From the IMG/VR virus record IMGVR_UViG_3300044658_000165, positions 3,622 to 67,621 of that record: a stretch of 64,000 nucleotides of DNA; one strand, 5' to 3'. Source of the stretch: a virus (Duplodnaviria; Caudoviricetes). Below, in pieces: positions 1 through 9,969 of this stretch. The notes below the pieces were generated by a model. The model made no database searches and was not told the DNA's origin. It worked only from the letters and a program-made list of their open reading frames with translations. Both the position numbers and the translations under genes were made by a program. Each line of letters begins with the position of its first letter. The first letter of the stretch is position 1.

Positions 1-257
1 CCAACTTTAAGCGGCCGCAACGCAGATGGCTTCCTACTTTTTACTGCCGGTTTGTCGTTTGAAGCTGCAGGTAAAGCAGGTATATCAGGAACAACAACCT
101 TTTCCCATGGGCGTACAGGCAGGCCATCCATAAGCGCAAATTGCATTTGAACCAGCGCCACAGGTTTATTAATTATTTTTGCCAGTTCTTCATCCGTTTT
201 GGCTCCAGCCAGGTTGTATATATATTCGATATCTGATATGGATAGTTTTGCTTCCAT
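1..257 (-). CDS. hypothetical phage protein, runs off window edge
   Basis: ATG at 257, open frame MEAKLSISDIEYIYNLAG... to position 1; abuts the methyltransferase stop. Confidence 0.6.
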   Translation of the reverse strand, partial: MEAKLSISDIEYIYNLAGAKTDEELAKIINKPVALVQMQFALMDGLPVRPWEKVVVPDIPALPAASNDKPAVKSRKPSALRPLKV

Positions 258-263
258 GTATGA

Positions 264-1631
264 TTAATTAAAAGATTCTACAACTTGTTGTACCAACCAT
301 TCCATGGCAGGTGGAGTAACTGCATTTCCGCATTGCTTTACCTGGTCACGGCTATTGCCGAGAATTACATAATTACTGTCAAAGGCCATTGCCAGTTTGA
401 CTTCACCGGCTTTCAACATTCTATAATAACAATCTTCAATATTGGGCTCTTGGTAGTTTATTAAGTAATGCCTATCGCTGGTTGTTATGCTGCCAAGCTC
501 TTCAGTAAAGTGCTTTGTGCAATTACTACCATTATAGTAGGAAGCAAAAAAGCTCCTCCATGATTCATGTGTTACCAGCCCCATGCTTTGCCGTGTTGTC
601 TGAGTTTGGAAGGATTCCGTTACCGAGCGCACATTGAACTGATTGCTATGCTCAGCTTTTATAATAAATGGCACCACTAAGCCATGATGATCCTGTGAGG
701 TAACGGTAGCAGCTTCTTTAAGTAGTGGCTTGCAATAGCCAGGGGTATAATTGATTGACAACATTGGCTGGCTGCCATATTTCTTAAACCCGTAATTAAT
801 TCGTTTAATGGTGCTTTTGCTCAATGGCTTTTTTCTGTCACCAATGCGGCCACCAAGGTCTGACCAATCAATACAGTTAAAAGAAGCATAGTAATATGGC
901 TCAACTACAACCCCATCATTTGGGCAGCAGTAAACATATTGTTGGCGGTACTTCCCGTATTTCTTCAAAGGGTTTTTCCAGGTCTGAACAGCTCTAACAT
1001 CAGTTCTGCATTTTGGGCAATGAGCTGCAGGCATATAATCCAGAACCGGGGCTTTATTGGCTTTCTTCCAAAAAACAACATACATACGATCCCGACTTTG
1101 AGGCGTCGGATGACAGTGCATACTATTCAGATAAACACACTTGTGACAATACCCTAATGATAACATTGCATGCAGCCAGGCGTCGAACATTACCCATTTA
1201 CGGGCGTCTACTACATTTTCAACTATAATAGCGTTGTAGTTATGGTATTCAGCAAACCGGCATACATCCCACATCGTGGCGCGGCTACGCTCTGCAGATG
1301 GATCAATTTTCCCCTGTGCATATAAATCCATTTGCTTCTTTATGATCTTTACCCCTTTTGCAAGAGAATGGTTTGTACACTCAGGGGAAGTGATCAAAAT
1401 ATCGGTCGAATTGTAACGACGTGGATCACATGCGCTAATATCAGTGCAGTCGTGTAGGGTATCGGGGAAATTTGTATTATGAGTCTCAATAGCCAGTTTC
1501 CAATGATTCAACGCCAGCTTTACCTCAATACCACCACCATGTTTATTTGATAAGCGCCGAACACCTTGCGAACTTCCGCCAGCGCCACAGAATTGATCTG
1601 TAACTGTTATATGGGAGCTTTTTCTGGGCAT
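264..1631 (-). CDS. DNA (cytosine-5) methyltransferase
   Basis: Motif I DQFCGAGG, catalytic SPEC (PC variant), ENV, QSRDR, C-terminal GNAV; Cys-rich CPKC...CCPND insertion. Confidence 0.92.
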   Translation of the reverse strand: MPRKSSHITVTDQFCGAGGSSQGVRRLSNKHGGGIEVKLALNHWKLAIETHNTNFPDTLHDCTDISACDPRRYNSTDILITSPECTNHSLAKGVKIIKKQMDLYAQGKIDPSAERSRATMWDVCRFAEYHNYNAIIVENVVDARKWVMFDAWLHAMLSLGYCHKCVYLNSMHCHPTPQSRDRMYVVFWKKANKAPVLDYMPAAHCPKCRTDVRAVQTWKNPLKKYGKYRQQYVYCCPNDGVVVEPYYYASFNCIDWSDLGGRIGDRKKPLSKSTIKRINYGFKKYGSQPMLSINYTPGYCKPLLKEAATVTSQDHHGLVVPFIIKAEHSNQFNVRSVTESFQTQTTRQSMGLVTHESWRSFFASYYNGSNCTKHFTEELGSITTSDRHYLINYQEPNIEDCYYRMLKAGEVKLAMAFDSNYVILGNSRDQVKQCGNAVTPPAMEWLVQQVVESFN

Positions 1632-4189
1632 TAGGCAGTTTTTTCGATGAAGTCAAACAATGATGGTATCGCTCTTTTCTGCTCGGCAGCCTTACAATAA
1701 GCGGCGCCATCGAGGAAGTAATTATGGTTGAGTTCAAAACCAATCCCATACCGGCCTTCTTCCACTGCGATCGATGGCACTGTCATCAGGCCGCCGAAAA
1801 TATCCAGTACTTTATCACCTGTGTTCGACATTTGGGTAATTACCCGTTTGGCGAGATCGATCTGCATCGGGCAGAGATGCATTTCTTTGCCTTTGGCATG
1901 TTGGGCGCCATTGAGCGTGCGCATTCTGGTGATATCGGTCCATACTTCATCAGACCAGCTCTGTGGCTGCAATAACATGAAGGTGGTAGGCAACTTTCCA
2001 ACTGCTGCAAGCTTCTCCCCTATTTCTACATGGTAATCAAAGTCGTATATGTGGTTAAGTGAATAGTCCCGGAAAACTTTGAAAATTTGATCGTGGTCCA
2101 GTCCTGCAATCTCATCTGGCGTCAAAGGCCGGTTACCATTGGACCTGGTGAAACCATGGGCATCCACCTGCCATTTGGAAAGGGAATAATTATCTTTCGA
2201 CTTTGTAACCGGCACATCTGCGTAGGAGTTGGAATTATCAGATGGCGGCTTTCTGAAAAGCAAAAGGTATTCAGGCATGCCTACACCCATCTTCGATGCA
2301 TCTTTGCATTGTTCCGTCCATCCCAGCCGGTATGTCTGGTTGTTCTCCCGCACCACATCAGTTACGATCGTTTTCATGCCCAGGTAACCGAAACCGTGGC
2401 GGGTATAGTGTTCAATGCAACGAACATGGAAAGGGTAAACAGTTTGAAAGCCCAGGCCAGTCATGCCGCCAGGTACAATGCGATCCTTCACATGAATGGC
2501 GGCAATTCTGCCCGGCATCAGCGAACGATACAATTCGGGGGTGAGATAATCCATCTGTACAAAGAACTCTTCGTTATTCTCACTATGCCCAAAATCAGCG
2601 TAGTTCGGCGAGTACTCATATTGAGTGGCAAATGGAATCGAGGTCAGGATCAGGCCAATACTATCGCTTTCAAGCCTGCGAGATTCCAACACACAGTCAT
2701 TATTCACGATATGGAAATTCTGACCTTTTATTTCAATTCGCTCCACACCGATCGCACGGGTCAAATGCTGCGCCATGGCCGCATGGGTGAGGCCAAATTC
2801 CTTAATAATATCAGTCATGATTTTTACCTGTTGGTTGTGTTGATGCCACTTTCTTTCCAGTGTGCGGCGCACTTCACGCTCTGCTTCTGTGTAGATCAAG
2901 TCGATGCGTACCTGGTGTTGCTGAAGAAACCGAAGAAGCCGGTGAATGGACTGTATGAAGTCATTAAACTTAAATCCGATGCCCAGGTATATTGCCCAGT
3001 GACAATGCCGCTGCAGGTTGGTACCGGAGCCGATCATTGAAGGCTTGCCGCCAATCTCTGGTATTTCGCCTGAAGAAAACGCTGCTATAATTTTCTCCCG
3101 TTCTTCCAAATCCTGGTTACCATAAACGGTAGCGCATGAGGGGATGGCCTTTTCAATCGCATGGCGTTCCGATTCCAGATCATGCCAGATAATACGGTGA
3201 GCGGATAGATCTTCGTTTCGAAGCTGCAGCAGCTTTTCAATCCGAGCTGTAAGGCTCTCCCTTTTCTCCCGGGCAGCATCGGCCAGTCCGCAGGCTGTAT
3301 TTTTGAATAGCCGGCGCTGACCATTCTTTTCATTGCCGGCAGTACTGTGATCGCTAGGAAGCTCATGCCACCGGATATCCAATTCAGGAAGGATATACCC
3401 AGAATCATCGGCAGGGTTGCCGGTAAGATCTGATGGCTTGGTGACAAAGAGGGCCCATGAAGCAACCCACAGCCAGAACTCCCTTTCCTTATGTTTATGC
3501 AAGGTGAGTTTATCAGCCTGAGTACTGTCACGCTTAAAGAACCGGGTTTTAGCCTGGCTTACATCCATCACACCGAGAAAATCGGCATAAGCCAGCAGTT
3601 CAATGTAATCGTTCGGGGAAGGTGTGGCCGTGGCCACAAACCGGTAATCCACCTTTTCAGTACCGCGACGGTTACCATTAGGTCCAGCATCGCCAGTAAA
3701 CAGCCGCATGAATTCCCGGAATGTTTTACTACCCCCAAAACCGCGAAGGATAGATGCCTCATCAAGGCTTACTACGCTGAACAATCGAGGGTCCAGTTTG
3801 CCATCGCGCACAGTCTCATAGTTGGTAATATATATACCGGTAGAACTCGCTTCATCAATCGATCGGATGAACTTCGGGCCATCAGGCCAGCCCAAGATCT
3901 TCATGGCGTCGTTCTTAAATTCTTGGCGAACACCCAAAGGAGCAATAATTAAACCCCGGCCACCGGTAAAAAGCAGAATACAACGAATAACCTCCAGTTG
4001 CGTTACGGTTTTATGCAGCCCGAAGTTTGCAAAGCATGCACGCCGGCCACCTTCCACCATCCACTTTACCATGAGCTTATTGTGTGGCTTCAATGCCGGG
4101 TTTATTACTGAGATATCAATACTGAAACCAGATTGATCGGCTAACCGGACTTTTGATTTTAAAAACTCGGGGTATTCCATTGGTGGCAT
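1631..4189 (-). CDS. SNF2-like helicase fused to N4/N6 DNA methyltransferase
   Basis: GLHKT Walker A, LDEAS Walker B, TATP motif III, QSIHRLLRF motif VI; C-terminal TSIPF motif IV, HLCPMQ and LDIFGG motif I. Confidence 0.88.
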   Translation of the reverse strand: MPPMEYPEFLKSKVRLADQSGFSIDISVINPALKPHNKLMVKWMVEGGRRACFANFGLHKTVTQLEVIRCILLFTGGRGLIIAPLGVRQEFKNDAMKILGWPDGPKFIRSIDEASSTGIYITNYETVRDGKLDPRLFSVVSLDEASILRGFGGSKTFREFMRLFTGDAGPNGNRRGTEKVDYRFVATATPSPNDYIELLAYADFLGVMDVSQAKTRFFKRDSTQADKLTLHKHKEREFWLWVASWALFVTKPSDLTGNPADDSGYILPELDIRWHELPSDHSTAGNEKNGQRRLFKNTACGLADAAREKRESLTARIEKLLQLRNEDLSAHRIIWHDLESERHAIEKAIPSCATVYGNQDLEEREKIIAAFSSGEIPEIGGKPSMIGSGTNLQRHCHWAIYLGIGFKFNDFIQSIHRLLRFLQQHQVRIDLIYTEAEREVRRTLERKWHQHNQQVKIMTDIIKEFGLTHAAMAQHLTRAIGVERIEIKGQNFHIVNNDCVLESRRLESDSIGLILTSIPFATQYEYSPNYADFGHSENNEEFFVQMDYLTPELYRSLMPGRIAAIHVKDRIVPGGMTGLGFQTVYPFHVRCIEHYTRHGFGYLGMKTIVTDVVRENNQTYRLGWTEQCKDASKMGVGMPEYLLLFRKPPSDNSNSYADVPVTKSKDNYSLSKWQVDAHGFTRSNGNRPLTPDEIAGLDHDQIFKVFRDYSLNHIYDFDYHVEIGEKLAAVGKLPTTFMLLQPQSWSDEVWTDITRMRTLNGAQHAKGKEMHLCPMQIDLAKRVITQMSNTGDKVLDIFGGLMTVPSIAVEEGRYGIGFELNHNYFLDGAAYCKAAEQKRAIPSLFDFIEKTA

Positions 4190-4207
4190 GGATTCAGGGG
4201 ATGAAGG

Positions 4208-4501
4208 TTATTGCTGAGGTTTACTGTTTACGAGCTTGTTATCAAACTTCTTAAACTCAAACTTCTTCGTCAGGTACTTAGACACAAAGCTGCCGATCGA
4301 TTCCGCCTTATGCATCTCATCGATGATCTCCTTCGGCACATTCTCGTAGATGTAGGTGCCACCGTTTTTGAACTGGATAAAAATGTCCTTCCCATTGGTG
4401 CCGTAGAAATCGACGTTGGAAGATGGCTTTTGACAAATCTCGAAGCCTTGCAGACTATCATCGATAATGTATTCTGCCAGGTTGATTACGTATTGCTCCA
4501 T
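4208..4501 (-). CDS. KTSC domain protein
   Basis: IFIQFKNGGTYIYENVP...AESIGSFV signature. Confidence 0.8.
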   Translation of the reverse strand: MEQYVINLAEYIIDDSLQGFEICQKPSSNVDFYGTNGKDIFIQFKNGGTYIYENVPKEIIDEMHKAESIGSFVSKYLTKKFEFKKFDNKLVNSKPQQ

Positions 4502-4730
4502 AATTCAAAAAAGTTTTTAAAATGAACTGTTCAATATCTGGTATGTGAATCCATTGATTAGTCCCTACCCAGGTCGCCCTACCACTCTTCGGAAAATAAT
4601 CCAACCGTTTACCATGCTTATTGGTCATACGCAAATGCCATTCGTGAATGCGTACTACTTGATAATCATGCTCCCCGGCCATTCCCTCAACTACCTCACG
4701 GTAGAAAATATTCCATGATGCCTTATTCAT
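4458..4730 (-). CDS. hypothetical protein (90 aa)
   Basis: Internal ATG at 4730 directly after the MBL stop; MNKASWNIFYREVV... Confidence 0.6.
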   Translation of the reverse strand: MNKASWNIFYREVVEGMAGEHDYQVVRIHEWHLRMTNKHGKRLDYFPKSGRATWVGTNQWIHIPDIEQFILKTFLNYGAIRNQPGRIHYR

Positions 4731-4731
4731 A

Positions 4732-5481
4732 TTAAAAAGGCGTACGGTTAAAAGGAATCTCCACTCCCGCATCAGCAATGTGAACGGTCTTACCGGTAAT
4801 ATCCTGTACCTCGCGTTTGAACCTTGCCGCATCGCTATTACCATCACTCAGGTGGATGAGAACGATATTGTTTACCTGGCTGAGGTCATTGGCCAGTAGA
4901 AGATCCTTACAGTTGGCAATGCTCATATGGCTTTGTATCACGCGATCGCATTGGGCTTTTGCAATATCCCGCTGCTCCAGGCGCCGGTCGAGAATGGTCT
5001 GGCAGTAATTCGCCTCAACGATGATGTTGTTCAACCCAGCAAACTTGAAGGGGCTGTATACTGTATCGGTAAGGAAAAGAACAGTACCGCATTCTTCATG
5101 GGCTACCAGGTAACCAACCGGATCGGGCGTATCGTGAATGATCTTAAATGGCAAAAACATAAAACTGCCAACGGGCATAATATTAGAAAAACTGGAAGTC
5201 ACAAACCGGGCGTTATGATGACTAGCCGTACCCATGGCATCATGCTCACCAGGTGTTGCCCATACATTTATACCCGCTTTCAGTACATCCTTCACCGCCT
5301 TACAGTGATCCCCATGGCTATGAGTAACCAAACAGGCAGCAACGCGATCGAGCTTATACTTCAGTGCCTGTTTAATCAGCTCCCAGCGAAGGCCGCACTC
5401 GATAAGTAACGCCTCACCCGTAGATGATTCCAGTATGTAGGCGTTACCTGCCGAGTTGCTATTGATGATCTTTAACTTCAT
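4732..5481 (-). CDS. MBL-fold metallo-hydrolase (YycJ/PhnP-like nuclease)
   Basis: SNSAGNAY, LLIECG, THSHGDH, HDT, LTDT, EANY, LIHLSDGN motifs. Confidence 0.88.
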   Translation of the reverse strand: MKLKIINSNSAGNAYILESSTGEALLIECGLRWELIKQALKYKLDRVAACLVTHSHGDHCKAVKDVLKAGINVWATPGEHDAMGTASHHNARFVTSSFSNIMPVGSFMFLPFKIIHDTPDPVGYLVAHEECGTVLFLTDTVYSPFKFAGLNNIIVEANYCQTILDRRLEQRDIAKAQCDRVIQSHMSIANCKDLLLANDLSQVNNIVLIHLSDGNSDAARFKREVQDITGKTVHIADAGVEIPFNRTPF

Positions 5482-5734
5482 AGTGTTCAATGGTAGCTGC
5501 CAGAGATGGATTGTGCCCCTTCAGGAAACTTTCGAGACGGGCAACCGGTACTGGCCACAAATAATGATCGATCAAATGTTGAATTGAGTTAAACACTATA
5601 TCGGGCTTATAACCATGTATCACTGGGATATAATAATCGTTGCCAATCAACCCAGTAACGATGTCATCCGAAATCGTTTTCTCTTCTATATATGAAGGCG
5701 CGCCTGGTTTGGGTTTCAAAACAATCGTTTTCAT
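5459..5734 (-). CDS. hypothetical protein
   Basis: Start overlaps the stop of the recombinase gene; operon-consistent. Confidence 0.6.
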   Translation of the reverse strand: MKTIVLKPKPGAPSYIEEKTISDDIVTGLIGNDYYIPVIHGYKPDIVFNSIQHLIDHYLWPVPVARLESFLKGHNPSLAATIEHYEVKDHQ

Positions 5735-6549
5735 TAGTAGCCTGGCCCCTCTTCATTGGTTTCAGGTTGCTTTTCGTCTTTCTTTTCAGCTGCAGGACTG
5801 GCATCAGTTTTTTGATCAGCTGGTTGATCCGCTTTACCTTCTGCTTTGGGTTGATCAAAACCAATGGTGTCCTTGTTGGCGTTGGCATTTACATCGGCTT
5901 TAACCTTAGCCGAAACATCAGCCGGTTTCACCTCCTCGTAACCGATATCCTCGATTTCATCTTCGGTTTTCATGCCCATGGAGATTTCCGGGGCAAACTC
6001 GTTGGTCCAGAAGGAAGCAGCACGGTAACGCAGCATTTTCTTCGGCATAGTCTTCCACTTGCTTCCGTTCTTACCATACCACCCTTCGTCGATTGCCATC
6101 TTAATATCTACAGGCGAAGATTCCAATACTACATCAGAACCCTTTCGTGTGGTATAGGCAATGCATTCCCAGTTGTCCAACTCCACATTATTAAACTTCA
6201 CTTTGCCCAGGTTGGTCATTTTAAATTCAAGATTCTCGTACTTTCCACAGGTGTTAACAGTGGCAATTAAAAACTTTGAGGACCAGCCGGGGCGACCATA
6301 CACCACATACAGGTTCTGCATTACCATCAGCGGGCTGGCACCAATACGCGATGCCATTTCCAATGCGATCATTACGTTGGCGATCGCTTTTTCAGGCAGA
6401 GTTTTTTCGCTTACCCGGTATATATCGGGTACCAGCTCTGAATAAATGAAAACCTTTGCTATACGCTGCATGGTTTCAAACTGATCCTTGTTGAAGAAAT
6501 TCAATGAAGGAACGTTGTTGGCCTCTACCTTTAATACTTCTGTTGACAT
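5734..6549 (-). CDS. recT: RecT/Bet-like single-strand annealing protein
   Basis: SPLMVMQNLYVVYGRP and KWKTMPKKMLRYRAASFW...APEISMGM segments; acidic tail; context with AAA ATPase and MBL. Confidence 0.75.
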   Translation of the reverse strand: MSTEVLKVEANNVPSLNFFNKDQFETMQRIAKVFIYSELVPDIYRVSEKTLPEKAIANVMIALEMASRIGASPLMVMQNLYVVYGRPGWSSKFLIATVNTCGKYENLEFKMTNLGKVKFNNVELDNWECIAYTTRKGSDVVLESSPVDIKMAIDEGWYGKNGSKWKTMPKKMLRYRAASFWTNEFAPEISMGMKTEDEIEDIGYEEVKPADVSAKVKADVNANANKDTIGFDQPKAEGKADQPADQKTDASPAAEKKDEKQPETNEEGPGY

Positions 6550-6586
6550 GACTTACTTTTTTATAGTTAAGGAATAGGTTTACTTT

Positions 6587-8614
6587 TTACCACGCCAGTT
6601 CCCGGGTTTCAATCCGGAGCTTTTCATCTTGAGGTGACACAATAAAGTTGATTACCTGGCTTTCGGTGTATGGTATGGCAGTCACGCTCTCCCGGTTATC
6701 CAGGAAGATGGGGGCGTAAACGTTATAATGCTTCGATAAAGCGTTTATGACATCGATGCCTGCTTTTATCCGACCGGCGGTATTTAAGTCGCTATAAGGC
6801 ACACCATTGAGCATGGTTTCACAGCAGGGTTCTTCACCGCCGTTAATGTTCGTCTCGAACATTTTGAAGGTGACATACTTGAATTTATCATTCACACGAG
6901 CGGTGATCTGCTCCATACGGAGCTTTTCAAAACGGAGTAATTGAAACTCTTCCCCTTCTGCATCGGCCAGCTGCTGAGAATACATCTTCTCATTTTCTAC
7001 CAGGTTTTCGATGCGGGCGTTGGTATTGATGATGGTATCCTTCAGGCCGAGCTTTTTGTTGAGGTCTGAAATCAGGTTGGTGAGCTCTGATTTACGGGTT
7101 TTGGCTTGGGCGTTATCTTCAGCAGCAGGTTCTTCTTTTACCATCGCCATTTGCGCTTTCAGGGCAGCCTGAATCGATAACGCATCTTTATTATTCTTAA
7201 GCACTTCAGCCAGGCGCTCTTCGATCGGTGCTGGAGCGGTGTACTGTGCTTTCAGGGTTGCCAGTTCCTGTGCAGCAGTTTGCTTTTCTTCCTGCTTTTT
7301 AGCAATAACTTCATTGATCTGTTGCAGGGAGGCCTCAACCTCTTTTTTATTGGATACAGCTTTCAAGCCGGCCCCCTTGTTATCTGACAGATCACGCTCC
7401 TTGGCCTTGTTGAAAGCAACCAGCTTCATTTCGCGGTCCTTATCGTAGTTATCCTTTAAGGTTTGCTTACGGGTGTTGATATCCACTTCAGGGAGCAGCT
7501 GACCACAATGCGGGCAAGTATTCTCCGATTCGTTATAAACAAAATCAGGATACTCAAACTGGCGGGCATTAACCTGTTTCCATTCAGTACGCAGTTCGTC
7601 CAGTGTCACATCGTAGGTTTTAATGCGGCGCTCACAATCTGACTTATCCTTTTCCAGCTGAGCAATAGCAGTTTCCAGGTTATTGATTCGGCCCTCAACG
7701 GTGGTCATATCAGCCTTCGCATTACGATCCTGGTTATCGAGCTCAATGCGCAGTTTCGCCTGCAGGTCTGCGTACTGGCGGTTAAGTGCGTGGATCTGCT
7801 TCTGCACGGCAGATTGCTCATCCTGCCATTTCTTTTGCGCTGCCGTTTTATTGGAAAGCACCAGGTCAACTTCATTGAGATCAGCAGCAGCCTTGTTGAG
7901 CTGAATCTGGATGGCGTCAAAGTTGGGTTTCTCTTCTGGCAGGCTTTTCTTCAGCTCATCGATACGGGCGGGAATGTCATCCAGCTGCTCTTTGAGTTTC
8001 TTTTTCCGAGCAGCCAGTTCAGCGCGGTATTCAACAATGGTTTTCTTGCCCATCTTTGAAAGCAGCTGAAGCAAATCAACATCATCACCAGCAATCTCAC
8101 TATCAGGAATGGGGCCAGCCATCTCGATCAACGTTTCGCGCCGTTTTTGCCAGCTAATGGTGCTACAGAAATAACCCGGGTGAGTGATCTTTTTGAAGGT
8201 TTCTGCATTGAGGATCTTTTCGATCTTCGCGTTCCAGTCCTTCAGCTGGCAGGGAACATTATTCCAGTAGTACTCGTTCTCATTACCGGTATAAGCTTTA
8301 GCAGTAGCGCCGCGCTTCTTCTGGTGCTTCTCCCGGTAGACGTGGCGAAGGATAGTTTCTTCACCATCGATCAACAATATGCCCTCAACCTCATGATCCA
8401 TTTCATTGAGCTCAGTACGCACTGTGTTCTTTACATTGAAATCCTTTTCGTCTGAACTGTTCTTACCGAACAACAACCAGTACCAGGCATCAGCAATCGA
8501 GGTTTTACCGGTGCCATTTGCGCCGTAAACATATGTTTCATGGTCAAAGGAGATAACCATTGTAGGTATCCCTTTGAAATTTTTTATAATCAGTTTAAGC
8601 AGAACTATTTTCAT
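6587..8614 (-). CDS. SbcC/Rad50-like AAA ATPase with long coiled coil
   Basis: IKNFKG, Walker A GANGTGKT, central CPHC hook, LNTAGRI signature, IFLDNRES Walker B. Confidence 0.85.
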   Translation of the reverse strand: MKIVLLKLIIKNFKGIPTMVISFDHETYVYGANGTGKTSIADAWYWLLFGKNSSDEKDFNVKNTVRTELNEMDHEVEGILLIDGEETILRHVYREKHQKKRGATAKAYTGNENEYYWNNVPCQLKDWNAKIEKILNAETFKKITHPGYFCSTISWQKRRETLIEMAGPIPDSEIAGDDVDLLQLLSKMGKKTIVEYRAELAARKKKLKEQLDDIPARIDELKKSLPEEKPNFDAIQIQLNKAAADLNEVDLVLSNKTAAQKKWQDEQSAVQKQIHALNRQYADLQAKLRIELDNQDRNAKADMTTVEGRINNLETAIAQLEKDKSDCERRIKTYDVTLDELRTEWKQVNARQFEYPDFVYNESENTCPHCGQLLPEVDINTRKQTLKDNYDKDREMKLVAFNKAKERDLSDNKGAGLKAVSNKKEVEASLQQINEVIAKKQEEKQTAAQELATLKAQYTAPAPIEERLAEVLKNNKDALSIQAALKAQMAMVKEEPAAEDNAQAKTRKSELTNLISDLNKKLGLKDTIINTNARIENLVENEKMYSQQLADAEGEEFQLLRFEKLRMEQITARVNDKFKYVTFKMFETNINGGEEPCCETMLNGVPYSDLNTAGRIKAGIDVINALSKHYNVYAPIFLDNRESVTAIPYTESQVINFIVSPQDEKLRIETRELAW

Positions 8615-8651
8615 AACTTTATAATGATTTTTAACTGTGGATTTTTAATAG

Positions 8652-8679
8652 AAGCCCGGGCAGCAACCCGGGCTTTTTA
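8652..8679. terminator. GC hairpin flanked by A and T runs
   Basis: AAGCCCGGG-CAGCAA-CCCGGGCTT followed by TTT. Confidence 0.65.
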
Positions 8680-8698
8680 ACTGTGGTTGGAAATACAA

Positions 8699-8848
8699 CT
8701 ACTCCGTCACGTCACCTTCCGCTTCCTGCTCCTCAGCCTTCGCTTCCTGCTCCGCGTTTCCAGTTTCACCAGTGGCTGCCTGGGTATCACCTGCCTGATC
8801 TTTTAAGTCTTCCTGTTGCCCTTCTTTGGGACCGTTTAATATATCCAT
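8699..8848 (-). CDS. small acidic protein (49 aa)
   Basis: Translated by hand: MDILNGPKEGQQEDLKDQAGDTQAATGETGNAEQEAKAEEQEAEGDVTE. Confidence 0.55.
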   Translation of the reverse strand: MDILNGPKEGQQEDLKDQAGDTQAATGETGNAEQEAKAEEQEAEGDVTE

Positions 8849-8891
8849 GGTATGTAAAGCCGCATAACCCAGCGGCGGGTTTAAAAAGTTA

Positions 8892-9155
8892 CTAGCCCTT
8901 TGACGGCTGGAAAAAGTGAACTACAGCTTTCTCATCGAAAGAGCATTTGAAACCGAGTTTCTGCATGGCCTCTTCTGTAAGTGGGATGGCTACGCTACCG
9001 TAACCATTATTGTAATAGTCCGGACGGGCCTTTACCTGCTCTTCATCATAAATACCAGCATTGAACGGATAATTGGTATAGCCGGCATCATTGGCCTTCC
9101 AAAAGCAAGGCTTCACGCCCGTACCATGTTTCAGAGATATGATGATGTATTTCAT
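8892..9155 (-). CDS. hypothetical phage protein
   Basis: 87 aa ORF in the early operon orientation. Confidence 0.7.
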   Translation of the reverse strand: MKYIIISLKHGTGVKPCFWKANDAGYTNYPFNAGIYDEEQVKARPDYYNNGYGSVAIPLTEEAMQKLGFKCSFDEKAVVHFFQPSKG

Positions 9156-9282
9156 GATGACATTTTTAAAAACCCCGGCCCGATCTGCCGGGGAACCCAG
9201 TTATGAGGAATGTGCAATCAAGGCTGTTTTAAAAAGGCGGCAGCTCGGCCGCCTATACCATTAACCATTAAACCTAACCCAG

Positions 9283-9353
9283 TACACAGTATGGGAATCG
9301 AACCCATTACATCACCTTGAAAGGGTGACCGCTCACCAATTGCGTTACTGTGC
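9283..9353 (-). tRNA. trnE: tRNA-Glu(UUC), non-canonical A8, no encoded CCA
   Basis: Cloverleaf by hand: acceptor GCACAGT/ACTGTGT, anticodon arm TCACC-CTTTCAA-GGTGA, T arm ATGGG-TTCGATT-CCCAT. Confidence 0.8.
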
Positions 9354-9492
9354 GCATCGCCCCAGCTATCCCGCTACGTATACGAGAAAAACACTTATCG
9401 CTCATACCGGTGTACACCCTTGCATCTTAGCACGATACGATAACCATTCTTTCACTGAGGCTTCTTTCTGAGGGATTGCATTTATATAGAGT

Positions 9493-9969
9493 TTAAATCC
9501 AATCATAACATTCACCGCGCTTTATCCTGCTGATCACGAATCTTGACACATTGAATTGCCTGGCTATTTCACACTGCCTATTACCTTCTGAAAGCAACAC
9601 CTTAACCTCTTTGGCTTGTTCAATTGTAAGAGCAGCATTTAACATTTGCTCCCTGCTTACCTTCCTCAGTTTCTCAATTATTTCAGGTGTAAACTTTGCC
9701 AATCGTCCTTTCCTCTTACAATCCTGCATATTATCAACCTGGGTGCCTAAAAACAAATGTTTTGGATTTACACATAACCGGTTATCGCATTTGTGGCATA
9801 CATAGAAACACTCCATTATGTAACCGAAATGAATCATGTACGATACCCTGTGAGTGTCTACTACTTTCCCATTCAGCTTAAAAGCACCATAGCCAGTAGC
9901 GCCTCTCGATGCACCAGTCCATAACCAGCAGGTTGAGGTCTTTTTTACTTTATCCCAAAAACGTTGCAT
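9493..9969 (-). CDS. HNH homing-type endonuclease with C-terminal HTH
   Basis: CWLWTG, THRVSY, VCHKCDNRLCVNPKHLFLGTQVDNMQD; C-terminal QCEIARQFNVSRFVISRI. Confidence 0.9.
   Translation of the reverse strand: MQRFWDKVKKTSTCWLWTGASRGATGYGAFKLNGKVVDTHRVSYMIHFGYIMECFYVCHKCDNRLCVNPKHLFLGTQVDNMQDCKRKGRLAKFTPEIIEKLRKVSREQMLNAALTIEQAKEVKVLLSEGNRQCEIARQFNVSRFVISRIKRGECYDWI

Noticed and set aside
2087-3040. Long plus-strand ORFs (also 5692-6270, 44732-45250, 50650-51207)
   Set aside because: Antisense shadows of well-supported minus-strand genes; no recognisable motifs.
9360-9480. Third tRNA between trnE and the HNH gene
   Set aside because: Could not fold a cloverleaf or find a TTCRA loop.
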